From: a virus | Strand: one strand, 5' to 3' | Length of the DNA stretch: 64,000 bases | IMG/VR virus record: IMGVR_UViG_3300027762_000003 | Location: 1 to 64,000 of that record | Shown here: positions 29,864-38,941 of the stretch, one piece after another | Layout of the letters: the number at the start of each line of letters is the position of its first letter | Numbering within the stretch: position 1 is the first letter of the stretch | Position numbers and translations under genes: made by a program | The notes under the pieces: generated by a model | What the model was told of the DNA's origin: nothing | The model's input: the letters and a program-made list of their open reading frames with translations, nothing else | Database searches by the model: none

Positions 29864-30517
29864 TTACTGAGCAAAAACTTCGTCTAAGATTTCAATCAGA
29901 TACTGGTTGATTTTCCCATACTTGGAGTCATGTGAATCGTGGATTGGGATACCCCGACTACGAGAAAGTGCGGCCGCTTTTCTTCCCAGTAGGTTAGCTT
30001 CTTTAGATGTGATTTGAATCCCCAAGATATTGGCATATCCCAAAATCGTGTAGTAGTGTCCATCGGGGTGAGAGATTCGGTCAAGCTCCGCATTGTGACG
30101 GGTGACGGTTTCCTCAACTTGAGCTAGTCGGCGTTCCTGCTCTCGATATGCTAGAGCCATCTCAACGAGCGCGTCACCGGTGGTTTTCTGGATGGCGTAA
30201 GAGCCGGTTTTACGAATAGATGGCAAGACTTCAGATGTCACCCACTTACGAAAAGGTTTTGCTTCAGGCTTACGTGAAGACAGCACCAGCGCATACATGC
30301 CGGACTCTGAAACTACTGCTGTGCTTGGGTTTCCCCGATTACCCTCATTTAGAATGATAGTATTCTTTTCTTCTTCATCAAGCCGGGTTAATGCCTGACT
30401 CGGATTGCTGATTTCCAAAACTTCGCACAAGTCCTTAGCAACAAACCAAGGCTCTCCATCTTGAGTGATGATGCGAACATCTTGACCTTTGAAGTCGAAA
30501 ACTGATAACTTATTCAT
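29864..30517 (-). CDS. BRO-N domain antirepressor-like protein
   Basis: VRIITQDGEPWFVAKDLCEVL...SESGMYALVLSSRKPEAKPFRKWVTSEVLPSIRKTGSY. Confidence 0.92.
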   Translation of the reverse strand: MNKLSVFDFKGQDVRIITQDGEPWFVAKDLCEVLEISNPSQALTRLDEEEKNTIILNEGNRGNPSTAVVSESGMYALVLSSRKPEAKPFRKWVTSEVLPSIRKTGSYAIQKTTGDALVEMALAYREQERRLAQVEETVTRHNAELDRISHPDGHYYTILGYANILGIQITSKEANLLGRKAAALSRSRGIPIHDSHDSKYGKINQYLIEILDEVFAQ

Positions 30518-30591
30518 GTTAGCCTCTAGTACAGGTTGACCAAACCCCCGGATGTTGATAGCATCGCGGGGGTTGTTATGTTTTTATTATA
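30518..30591 (-). promoter_or_regulatory. -10 box plus conserved structured leader (copy A)
   Basis: TATAAT...CCCCCGCG ATG CTATAA CAT CCGGGGG TTTGGTCAACCT GTACTAG AGG CTAAC ATG. Confidence 0.7.
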
Positions 30592-30620
30592 GTATAGACT
30601 CTAGTTGTTAGTCGCAAAAA

Positions 30621-31215
30621 CTAAGCCGTGAGAAGGTCTTTTATTTTCCGTTTCTTGCGTACTTTTTTGATGTTCTCCTTGATGATTTTCTGGAGGCTCG
30701 GATCGCACCCAACCTTGGCAATAAGTTCAGACGAATTAACATCCCGATCGCTCTCATGTCCACAACAAGCGCAATGGTAGACGGGTTTGTTGATATCCAT
30801 TTCTGGATCATAGGACAGGCACTGAGAGCAGATCCGAGATAAAGGTAAATCCGACGCAGGTTTTAATCGCGTCATCTTTTTGCCAAACTCTTGAGTTTTC
30901 TTGTCGATTAAGTCGATTTGCTGACCGATCGCCGCGTCCAAATTACTCTTATTTTGACCCGCTAAAGCCGCTCCCGTCATCCTTGGCTTTGGCTTTGACT
31001 TTCCCTACCTTCTTCTGCAAGCCATCCTCAACTGCGATACCGGATGAATAGGTGGTCAGGTAAGAAGCGATGCGGTACTGGTGCGATCGCCGTCTGCGTT
31101 TCGTCTTCTCATGGATGCGTCTTATCCTCTGCTTACACTCCTTTACTCCTTGGGAATCACCGCAATGTTTCCACCGTAGGCGTTGAATAGTCCTGGGATA
31201 AGGGCTTCGAGGATT
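30621..31215 (-). pseudogene. tnpB: 5'-truncated, frameshifted TnpB (IS200/IS605 RNA-guided nuclease) remnant
   Basis: Frame 1: RIRRIHEKTKRRRRSHQYRIASYL...IAVEDGLQ...KAKAKDDGSGF. Frame 2: AGQNKSNLDAAIGQ...SRICSQC...CACCGHESDRDVN. RuvC-I region missing. Confidence 0.85.
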
Positions 31216-31223
31216 TTAAGAGG

Positions 31224-31548
31224 ATTGAGCAGGATCTAATACTCTCTTAGGGATTGAAACCGAACACCAAATCGCATTAATCACTGCCGAAATTCAGGAT
31301 TCAATGGATCTAATACTCTCTTAGGGATTGAAACGTAATCCTGATCAACCCAAGCTAAGGCATTAGCCAGATTCAATGGATCTAATACTCTCTTAGGGAT
31401 TGAAACAAGCTTGTGGGTAGCTCGCAGATCCCCATCAAGATGATTCAATGGATCTAATACTCTCTTAGGGATTGAAACTGTTGCGTGCTAAATTAGAATC
31501 ATCAATTGAGAGATTCAATAGATCTAATACTCTCTTAGAGATTGAAAC
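31224..31548 (+). CRISPR. CRISPR mini-array: five 37-bp repeats (GATTCAATGGATCTAATACTCTCTTAGGGATTGAAAC), four spacers of 37/35/35/33 nt; cyanobacterial I-D-like
   Basis: Repeats at 31224 (5' 8 nt diverged), 31298, 31370, 31442, 31512 (2 mismatches); 3' ATTGAAAC handle; terminator follows. Confidence 0.97.
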
Positions 31549-31562
31549 GATTAAATCAACAA

Positions 31563-31598
31563 AAAAAAGCGATCGCCCCCAAAGACGACCGCTTTTTT
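31563..31598. terminator. Bidirectional terminator ending the array transcript
   Basis: AAAAAAGCGATCG...CGACCGCTTTTTT. Confidence 0.75.
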
Positions 31599-31614
31599 GC
31601 TACGCTTCCGACCT

Positions 31615-32034
31615 TTAGCCGGACATTCCATCCCCCATAAAAATGATGAGAACGTTGTCCGTCTTCAGTGACTCAGAAGCTTTCCGAGCGATCGCCACCG
31701 CCTCACCGTAACTCTGCACCGGCAGTGCCACCAGCGCACCACTGACCCGACCCCGTAAGACGTGGGTAAATTCGTGCGTGCAGGTGGTCACGCCCCGGTT
31801 CCCTGGTACGGCGCGGTTTATTTCAGCAACAGCATGATCGCCGGGAACGAACAACGCCCAGCCAACGCTAGGGCACGTCGAGTAAACCTTGGGTGCGGCG
31901 GCGATTCCGGTTCTGGAATCGGCGATCGCTGTCTCTCCCATATTTACGATGCCATTGGTCACCCCGATGATTGCCCCCACAAGCATCCCGACTACGGTTG
32001 CTATCATAGTGGTAAGTTTAGATGTCTTGCTCAT
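31615..32034 (-). CDS. Membrane-anchored/exported small protein
   Basis: N-terminal hydrophobic helix; TCP...TCT cysteine pair as in 35511-35909. Confidence 0.6.
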   Translation of the reverse strand: MSKTSKLTTMIATVVGMLVGAIIGVTNGIVNMGETAIADSRTGIAAAPKVYSTCPSVGWALFVPGDHAVAEINRAVPGNRGVTTCTHEFTHVLRGRVSGALVALPVQSYGEAVAIARKASESLKTDNVLIIFMGDGMSG

Positions 32035-32097
32035 TGTTTCACCTCTTGTTGTTGGTTGTGGATGGCGATCGTCGGTGGTTCGGCGATCGCCTTTTTC

Positions 32098-32382
32098 TTA
32101 GCGGATCGCGTAGTTTTTAGCGCTCAGGTTAAGGTAGGGTTGCATATTCCTTAGCGCCCGAACTGCTGCATCAAAATGATCAATGCCGCCTTCTGGAATA
32201 GGTAGACTATTTAATGCCTTAACCGCCGCGTTAAAAGGTTTGATATCATCCTCCCTAGAGAGCTGTTGGAGAGTATTGATTGCCGCATCAAAAGACTCGA
32301 TATCGTCTTCCGTGGAAAGTTGCCGAAGGGCGGCGATCGCCTCTTCCTTGTACCGATGAATCCGTACTTCGTTGTGGGTCAT
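32098..32382 (-). CDS. Hypothetical helical-repeat protein
   Basis: About 20-aa repeats (DDIxxFDAAxxxLxxL); start MTHNEV with AGGA SD. Confidence 0.6.
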   Translation of the reverse strand: MTHNEVRIHRYKEEAIAALRQLSTEDDIESFDAAINTLQQLSREDDIKPFNAAVKALNSLPIPEGGIDHFDAAVRALRNMQPYLNLSAKNYAIR

Positions 32383-32596
32383 TTTCTTTTCCTTTTGTCT
32401 ATGTGTTCTAGGGGTTTTGGAGTCCCCCAAACTCTTAAAGTCGAATGTGCATCGTGGATAAAATCGCTGCTTTCAGATCGGCGGATGTGTGTCCGCGATC
32501 GATAAAGTATTTAGCCAAATCCACCGCTACAGCGATAATCTTTTCCTCTTCAATTGAGAGGGGTCTAACCTCATAAATACCCTTGGTTTCTGTCAT

Positions 32597-32863
32597 TTAC
32601 TCCGCCTCCTTAATGGCATCCAGGATATCGGATATATTGCAGTATTTATCGCCAGAGATCCAACGGTGGATAATCTCGTCTAGGATGGTTTGGGCGATTA
32701 CTTCATCATCGGCTTCGTGGAGGGTCACGAACTTATATCCTTCTGATTCTGAAGGATAGCTGCCTTGAATGAAGTATTTTCTGCTTCCTTTTGTGATGAG
32801 GAAGTGTGTGAATTTGTTGTTCAGATTAACGTAGGTGTTGTCAGTTAATAACTTTAAAATCAT
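32597..32863 (-). CDS. Hypothetical protein (paralogue family)
   Basis: Coupled to 32863-33156 and similar to it. Confidence 0.6.
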   Translation of the reverse strand: MILKLLTDNTYVNLNNKFTHFLITKGSRKYFIQGSYPSESEGYKFVTLHEADDEVIAQTILDEIIHRWISGDKYCNISDILDAIKEAE

Positions 32864-33156
32864 CAGAAGATCTCCTCAATAGATGTAGATAGTTTGTTGA
32901 TTTCTTCCCGAATTTTGTAGTAGCTACAGTAGTCCCACCCTTGCGACATCCGTAGCATTATTTCCGAGAGGAGCGCTACTGCATCATCCTTAGAATCGGC
33001 AGTAGCAATCACTTCATCAAACGGTGCAACGTGGGGATACCGAGGAATCAGTTCGGCGGTGATGCACCACCCCTCGTCGATTTCTCCTTGTTGCACATGG
33101 AATTTGTGGTAGTGGGAGAGATTGTAAAACTCGTCGTCAGCAGTTCTAAAAATCAT
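32863..33156 (-). CDS. Hypothetical protein (paralogue family)
   Basis: See 26138 and 32597. Confidence 0.6.
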   Translation of the reverse strand: MIFRTADDEFYNLSHYHKFHVQQGEIDEGWCITAELIPRYPHVAPFDEVIATADSKDDAVALLSEIMLRMSQGWDYCSYYKIREEINKLSTSIEEIF

Positions 33157-33207
33157 GGTGTAGGTGTACCTCTGTCAACATATCCGATTAAATCCGATTA
33201 AATCCGA

Positions 33208-34287
33208 TTAATAATCCCTAATCTGAACCGGCATAATCAACACAAGACGATCACCGTCCTTCACGACCGCCGGGGTATTCGGTTGATTGACGTGGAGAGT
33301 AAACTCACCATCAGGAAGGGCGGACACAAGGTAGGGGTGATGGATAGCGATTCTGAACGGCTCATCAATAATGGATGCAACGACTTCCTCGCTCGCAGAT
33401 CCGGTATCCCCGCTACATGAGAATGACTCAACTTTTGCGAGAACGCCTTCCCCAAATTGGAGCGCGACATTCCTGGTATCACCACAAGTGATTGCTACCC
33501 GATCTAGAGCCGCTTTCAACTCACTCCCATTCATGGTGATTTCATGCTTGAATTCAGCCGGTATAAGCCTAAGTGCATCAGGATACTGCCCAGAAGGGAT
33601 GCGTGCTGCAATTCGGGTATCTCCAGTGATAAATAAAATCTGAGAATCATCAAACTTGAATTCGATATTCCCATCAGCCGCCACCTTGAGAATGGCAACC
33701 GCCGATCCGGGAATAGTAACCATGAAATCATCAGACTTCAATTCTCCAGATGAGTAGCCCAAGCGCTTTCCGTCTGTGGCGATCGCGTGGAGAATATTGT
33801 CGGCAATCGAAACATTTACCCCGGTCAAAACCTGCTTCGTTTCATCTTTGCTGGCATAGCGCGAAGCGAACCGAAGATGTTCTATGACTGACTCAGGGAG
33901 CGTGTAGGCACGGTCGCTTTCGATTTCGGGGAATTCCGGAAAATCGTCAGCAGCGATCGCCTTGTATTGAAACTTACCTTTACTCCACTTAATCAAGACA
34001 TTGAACTCATCATCAATGTCTAGGCTGATTTCCTGATTGCGGTCGATTTTGCTAACGACTTGCTTTAGGAAATCGTAGGGGATACAGAATTCTCCAGAGT
34101 CGGAACTTTCCACTGGAATCTTGGTGGCGATCGCCGTCTTCAGATCTGATCCCGTCACCAGTAAGGAGTCCTCTGTTAATACCATCTTGACGTTAAGTAG
34201 CATGGTATTGAATGGTCGGGAATCGATTGTGCGCCCAACAATATCAAGAGCGCTTTTTAGGACTGCAACATTACAACTAAATTTCAT
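33208..34287 (-). CDS. dnaN: DNA polymerase III beta sliding clamp
   Basis: GSDLK, DDFPEFP, ASKDETKQVLTGV, ATDGKRL, GQYPD, LIMPVQIR. Confidence 0.93.
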   Translation of the reverse strand: MKFSCNVAVLKSALDIVGRTIDSRPFNTMLLNVKMVLTEDSLLVTGSDLKTAIATKIPVESSDSGEFCIPYDFLKQVVSKIDRNQEISLDIDDEFNVLIKWSKGKFQYKAIAADDFPEFPEIESDRAYTLPESVIEHLRFASRYASKDETKQVLTGVNVSIADNILHAIATDGKRLGYSSGELKSDDFMVTIPGSAVAILKVAADGNIEFKFDDSQILFITGDTRIAARIPSGQYPDALRLIPAEFKHEITMNGSELKAALDRVAITCGDTRNVALQFGEGVLAKVESFSCSGDTGSASEEVVASIIDEPFRIAIHHPYLVSALPDGEFTLHVNQPNTPAVVKDGDRLVLIMPVQIRDY

Positions 34288-34442
34288 TATTGATCTTCCT
34301 CGATACTTAGAATAGCTAAAGCTCTGGACATGGCGCTTAGTGCTGTTTTGAAAAGTTCACGATCTCGTAGATTGTTTACCTCACTAAGCGCCTCTTTGGC
34401 GGTGGTGATCGCTTTCTGGAATTCAACCTCATGCCTGCTCAT
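34287..34442 (-). CDS. Small hypothetical protein
   Basis: MSRHEVEF... coupled by ATGA/TAATG overlaps. Confidence 0.45.
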   Translation of the reverse strand: MSRHEVEFQKAITTAKEALSEVNNLRDRELFKTALSAMSRALAILSIEEDQ

Positions 34443-34617
34443 AATTTCGATCCAACGGCTTTGTCTTCCATTATCCACCCGATCGCCATCCAGTCGTACT
34501 CAGACATAATGACCCCCGTGTTAGATCTCCATCCGTTGGGGTCTTTAAATAGCACCTTAGTGTTGCCACTAACTTGATGTTTGAATCGAACAAATTGTAA
34601 TGCCATGGTTTTCCCTC

Positions 34618-34997
34618 TTATTTAATCAATGCAGAAAAATCTATCAAATCATCCAACTCTTTAATTATTGGATATTTACTTGAGAGTCTGTTTAATTTCG
34701 TAGTGGCTTTTTCATCACTACAGACAATAATAAGCCTCTCAATTACCCACCCTTAGCTTCCACAAAGAGAGACGGAACGGTTTCTCCTTTTTTGATGACC
34801 GCAAAATCACATCGCCATACAAGACTACGATTGGGCTTAACATAGGAATTACTTGGGCAAAGCGGGATTCTATATTGCTGGTCTATCCGGTGTTCGCTTT
34901 CTGGGAAATGGTCTAACAGATGGTAGTAAACGCAAGCTTCAAAATTTGAGTCAAACTTCTTACCCTCCAAATAAGTTACATTGCTTCGATACCTCAT
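34618..34997 (-). pseudogene. Frameshifted PD-(D/E)xK endonuclease (DUF1064-like)
   Basis: KKFDSNFEA...CDF...VEAKGG then stop at 34743; another frame continues VIERLIIVC...LIK* to 34618. Confidence 0.6.
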
Positions 34998-35560
34998 TTG
35001 ATCTTCTCCATGTGTGAATTAACTTTCTCTGCCCAACTTGGATCGGTGGCGTAAACTTCTCCAATTAGTTTAAGGCTTTCCTCTGGATTTGTCTTAGTAA
35101 ATTCAGTTGTTCTACCATGTTCCTTGAGGATGTTCTCTACCGTTTGAGCAAACAGAATATCGCTCTTGTCGTCTGCAAATCCCAAGTCCTGCACAACCAT
35201 TTGCCCGCCATAATATTCGGTGGTGGTGGTGGTGACATCGTTACCCTTGATTCCCCAATGATTGTTCTCGCCAATTACTGCTGCGCCGTTACCTGTTTCG
35301 TGAGAGGCGATCGCCAATGTAATTGCAGGGTTGATGCCGTAATCTTTCTCCAGATCTTGCGCGATCGGGTAGAGGGATTTCTGATATTCATCAAGGTTAG
35401 TCAGTGTTGTTAGCTGTTGCTCTCCTGGATTAGATAGCGGTATCCACCAATGGGATTGCCCTAGGTTGCCCAGGATGAGATGAATAGATAAAAGCCCGGC
35501 TGCCATTAGGCTAATTTTGGCTAGGAGCTGTAGCTGTGGGTCGTGGCTCGTTTGTTCCAT
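34994..35560 (-). CDS. Membrane-anchored glucosaminidase/muramidase (FlgJ/GH73-like)
   Basis: AITLAIASHETG, NNHWGIKG, TTEY, YATDPSW; N-terminal TM helix. Confidence 0.85.
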   Translation of the reverse strand: MEQTSHDPQLQLLAKISLMAAGLLSIHLILGNLGQSHWWIPLSNPGEQQLTTLTNLDEYQKSLYPIAQDLEKDYGINPAITLAIASHETGNGAAVIGENNHWGIKGNDVTTTTTEYYGGQMVVQDLGFADDKSDILFAQTVENILKEHGRTTEFTKTNPEESLKLIGEVYATDPSWAEKVNSHMEKIK

Positions 35561-35909
35561 AGATAGTGTCTAGTCCTAGTTCGTAGGCTCTTGCGTTTGC
35601 AAATTCTCTCGCTGATTCGATTGAGTTAAATTCAATGGGGTAAATGCTATACCTAATCCCTTCAAGGGTGCAGGTTTGCCCAATTGGGGGAGTCAGGGCG
35701 ATCGCCACATAATAAGTATTTCCCTTAGCTCTGGTTGGGCATGTGTCACCAGGTTGGTTATTTTTACCCTTGATGTTGACATCAAAATCCCCAATAAATG
35801 TGTGGTCGAATTCATCCGGGATGATTCTGTATTCGCCTTTGGGAGTGGCGAGCGTGCAACTGGATATTAGTCCAGTGATTAAAGTCAAAAACACGAGCTT
35901 GAGTTTCAT
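35511..35909 (-). CDS. Lipoprotein
   Basis: MKLKLVFLTLITGLISSC lipobox-like signal. Confidence 0.65.
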   Translation of the reverse strand: MKLKLVFLTLITGLISSCTLATPKGEYRIIPDEFDHTFIGDFDVNIKGKNNQPGDTCPTRAKGNTYYVAIALTPPIGQTCTLEGIRYSIYPIEFNSIESAREFANARAYELGLDTIYGTNEPRPTATAPSQN

Positions 35910-36586
35910 GGCTTGAGTACCTTCTCTAAAAGTTCTCTGGATGGAATGGGGCGATCGCCGTTCTTGTCCTTGAGCCTCAAGTCCAAATGGGGGCCGGTTC
36001 CTGCATCCCCACTTTCGGCGATCTTCTGTCCCTTCTTGGCAGCGCCTGGGGTGCAGTCATGTAAGTGGAGAAATTGAACGGTGTACGTGCCTTCTGGGCT
36101 AGGGAACTCAGCCACTAATCCGGCTAATCCGCCATAATTGGGACATTGCACCGTAGTGTCAAAAGGTGCGTAAAGTGGAGTGCCGGTTGGCGTTCCAACA
36201 TCGATCGCTGCATGATAAGAGGAGCAGCCGCTACAGGGTGAGACTCTTGGCCCATAGCCAGAGGTCACGGGATGTCCAGCAATGGAGTCACCGGGAACTA
36301 GGCTTATGTTTGAAATTAGTTGAGCGTCTTGAATAGCTCCAGAGGTAGGGATGTTTGCCGTGCTTTTAGTCTTGCCGGGTTTACCTAATTGAGATTCTAG
36401 AAAAGATTGCCAGGGTTTCATTGTTTCATCCCATGTTTTATTTAAGTTTGGAAGGATTTGGATAGCCACAGCACCACAAGTTATAATGGTTGTGATCAGG
36501 AGAACACTGGTTTTTCTATTCGAGATCGTGGGACTTTTATTGCTGCGTTGAACTTCTTGCAGGTGGGGGGTGGTGATGCCCCCCAT
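35906..36586 (-). CDS. Membrane-anchored M23 peptidase
   Basis: TSGYGPR, HAAIDVG (HxxxD), GTPLYAP, FLHL, SGDAGTGPHL; TM helix. Confidence 0.88.
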   Translation of the reverse strand: MGGITTPHLQEVQRSNKSPTISNRKTSVLLITTIITCGAVAIQILPNLNKTWDETMKPWQSFLESQLGKPGKTKSTANIPTSGAIQDAQLISNISLVPGDSIAGHPVTSGYGPRVSPCSGCSSYHAAIDVGTPTGTPLYAPFDTTVQCPNYGGLAGLVAEFPSPEGTYTVQFLHLHDCTPGAAKKGQKIAESGDAGTGPHLDLRLKDKNGDRPIPSRELLEKVLKP

Positions 36587-36605
36587 TTTTACTTTGAGCT
36601 GGAAA

Positions 36606-36737
36606 TCAAGAGCCACCTTTAATAATCTCCACAATATTTGGGATATAGGAGCGTCGATAGCCTGGTGCGTCAAAACTCAAGGCGACTATCGCAAAAGCGC
36701 AGCAGGCTATAATTATTCCTTTGCTTATCGACCCCAT
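36606..36737 (-). CDS. 43-aa single-TM protein (MGSISKGIIIACCAFAIVALSF...), not in ORF track
   Basis: Fills the operon gap and overlaps the upstream gene. Confidence 0.45.
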   Translation of the reverse strand: MGSISKGIIIACCAFAIVALSFDAPGYRRSYIPNIVEIIKGGS

Positions 36738-36979
36738 GGCATTTGCACCGATGTAGGACGAATGGGACTTGTGTTGTTAGCGGCTTGATTGGCTCCGATA
36801 TTTCCGATCCAATAAGCCGCGCCAACAAAGAAGCAAATAACGATAACGGAAGTGCCTACGACTTGCGACATAACCGAGAATCCACCGGCCACCGTATCGG
36901 TAACGGTGTGTGCCACATCAATCGTTGTTTTACGTTTCGCTAGACTTCCACCACGGGAAACCATATCAATATCTGCCAT
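36725..36979 (-). CDS. Small membrane protein
   Basis: VVGTSVIVICFFVGAAYWI TM; AGGAG SD. Confidence 0.6.
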   Translation of the reverse strand: MADIDMVSRGGSLAKRKTTIDVAHTVTDTVAGGFSVMSQVVGTSVIVICFFVGAAYWIGNIGANQAANNTSPIRPTSVQMPWGR

Positions 36980-36981
36980 GA

Positions 36982-38223
36982 TTATGCTCCTTTCTTCTTG
37001 AATTCGATTACATTACTTTTTGGCTGGGGATTGGATGGCGCTTGTACCGATAAATCAGGGGTAGCGGTCACGAAAGGATCGTCCCCTTCTCTGCAAATAA
37101 TCGCCGCATATTTACCAAGCGCAATCCTTTCTCTGTGTAGTTTTTTCCTGTCCCAATGGTCAGGAATAATGGTGTTCGTATCGTTAATTAAGTTGCCCAA
37201 CAAGTACCAATGCATCTGCATGGTTGCGCTGGAATCAAGCTCGCACATTCCTTTTTTGAGGGAGTGCAACCCTAGGAAAACATCGACGTGAAACTTACGG
37301 AATCCATTCTGGATATAGGTAATCATTTCAGCCATTTCCTTGCCCGCACCAGTCCGGGTGATAAACCCTTGATATTCATCGATCACTACCAATAGCGGGG
37401 GTTCTTTTTTTAGGATCGCTTCTTCTCTTCTTAGCCCTTCCTGGTAAACCTTGTTGAACGCGGATAAAGCTTTGAACGGGTCTCTGACTACAATTTGGCC
37501 ATGCTCATCTTCTGAACATCCAGACAACCAGGACTCTTCATCGGGGTCATAGTGGGGGTCAATGATTAGAAGCTTTGTATCCGGCCTCGCTTGCAACCGC
37601 TTGCTGAGTAAGTGTCTCAGTGCGGATGACTTCCCCGAACCACGGGAACCCGCGATGATTGCCGATCCATTATGAAAAATCTTCTCGATTTCACTGAAGG
37701 GTTCAGATTCCTCATTGAATCCCATCCCATCAGCCCTGGCCGGGAATGAGGGTAACTCTTCCTCCTCTTCTTCGTCCCACAAGTCAATCGGGCTTGGGGA
37801 TATAGGTTGTGGACGAGACCCAGCCGTAAATGGTGGGGGACTGCTGAAGATGTTGAACGAGCGCTCGGTGGTATCTGTTGGCTCTTCTTCTGCGCTTCTT
37901 GGTTCCGATGTCTGCCATGATTCTTCTTCCTCTTTGTCTAGTTCGTAATCGTCGATTCCGGTCACGGAATCGTCTATGGGTTCATTAGTTTCTTTGATTT
38001 GCTTCTTGTTCGGGGTGTAGGCATATAGCCCGCCTATCGCTGCCCCGCCGATCATCATCATTCCCAATCCCTTGAAGAGTGGGTGCGCGGGCGGCTGCAC
38101 AGCTTCCTGGATGGATGAGTACGGGGTGGAGTTAAGCTCAATGGGTGGCTGGTAGCTGAAGGTGATCGCCCCACCTATCGCCAGGAGTGTCGATGCTGCC
38201 AGTACAGCCGGATTAAAAGGCAT
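36982..38223 (-). CDS. Membrane-anchored FtsK/HerA-superfamily P-loop ATPase
   Basis: Two N-terminal TM helices, acidic linker, GSRGSGKS Walker A, LLIIDPH, LLVVIDE Walker B, RKFHV. Confidence 0.8.
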   Translation of the reverse strand: MPFNPAVLAASTLLAIGGAITFSYQPPIELNSTPYSSIQEAVQPPAHPLFKGLGMMMIGGAAIGGLYAYTPNKKQIKETNEPIDDSVTGIDDYELDKEEEESWQTSEPRSAEEEPTDTTERSFNIFSSPPPFTAGSRPQPISPSPIDLWDEEEEEELPSFPARADGMGFNEESEPFSEIEKIFHNGSAIIAGSRGSGKSSALRHLLSKRLQARPDTKLLIIDPHYDPDEESWLSGCSEDEHGQIVVRDPFKALSAFNKVYQEGLRREEAILKKEPPLLVVIDEYQGFITRTGAGKEMAEMITYIQNGFRKFHVDVFLGLHSLKKGMCELDSSATMQMHWYLLGNLINDTNTIIPDHWDRKKLHRERIALGKYAAIICREGDDPFVTATPDLSVQAPSNPQPKSNVIEFKKKGA

Positions 38224-38939
38224 CAGTGTACACCTCCATCCATCGTGATTGTTATGGTGGGATCGATTGAGCGTTGAACATCAAAAGCAATATCAGAGCG
38301 ATTGTTGGCACGTTCGAGATCTCGGTATCCTTCCAGAACTTTCCGGCTATTCGCCAACTCCTTTAACCACACTCCGTCTGTATCACCGCCTAAGTCTCTG
38401 TCAAAAACTAGCGCGGTATGGGCCGCCTGATGTTTGACAATTGCAAAAGCTTTTAATTCCTCATCGGAAACTGCTAATTCTACTCTCCTGCCTTCACGGT
38501 TGACATAGATGATCTTGGCTTGAGTGCCCCCAACCGTTGCATCATTAGCTAAGTCTTGGGCATTGGCGATCGCCCCTAGGATGGCTTGATGTTCAGGAAC
38601 TCGATACAGGGGAGACTCTGGATTTGTGGACGCATCTTTAACCCGATCCTTCATGCTTGACGCAACCGAGCTAATGATTTGCTGGTGGATACCCATTTGG
38701 GTTGGACTTGGTGTGCGGTCATTATCAAAGTAATCCTTTAGGTAGGTGTTCCATGCTTGCTGGAGATTGTCGGATGTCTGCGCCTGCTCTTGAGTAATCT
38801 GCGGAATAACTGCACCGTAAGGAACTTGGGAGCGGAAGGGTTGCATCGCTACGATCAGAATAGATGCAAAAAGGATGGAGGCGGCGATCGAGATTTGTTG
38901 TAAATTGAATTTGAACCGTGCAAGGGTAAAAGCTTCCAT
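38223..38939 (-). CDS. Single-TM protein
   Basis: ISIAASILFASILIVAM TM; TGATG coupling to the ATPase; GGAGG SD. Confidence 0.7.
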   Translation of the reverse strand: MEAFTLARFKFNLQQISIAASILFASILIVAMQPFRSQVPYGAVIPQITQEQAQTSDNLQQAWNTYLKDYFDNDRTPSPTQMGIHQQIISSVASSMKDRVKDASTNPESPLYRVPEHQAILGAIANAQDLANDATVGGTQAKIIYVNREGRRVELAVSDEELKAFAIVKHQAAHTALVFDRDLGGDTDGVWLKELANSRKVLEGYRDLERANNRSDIAFDVQRSIDPTITITMDGGVH

Positions 38940-38941
38940 GA

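Noticed and set aside
30621-30980. Intact 119-aa Zn-ribbon gene as in the ORF track
   Set aside because: It is the 3' fragment of the frameshifted tnpB; its ATG lies at the frameshift junction
31261-31511. Self-targeting spacers
   Set aside because: No match to either strand found by eye; partial matches need a computational search
30621-31548. Functional type V (Cas12f/V-U) system
   Set aside because: The TnpB-like gene lacks RuvC-I, is frameshifted and points away from the array; the repeats look like class 1 (I-D) repeats
36982-38223. Genome-packaging ATPase or classical T4SS coupling protein
   Set aside because: TerL and a portal are present; no relaxase or VirB homologues were recognised in this window, though they cannot be excluded elsewhere in the genome
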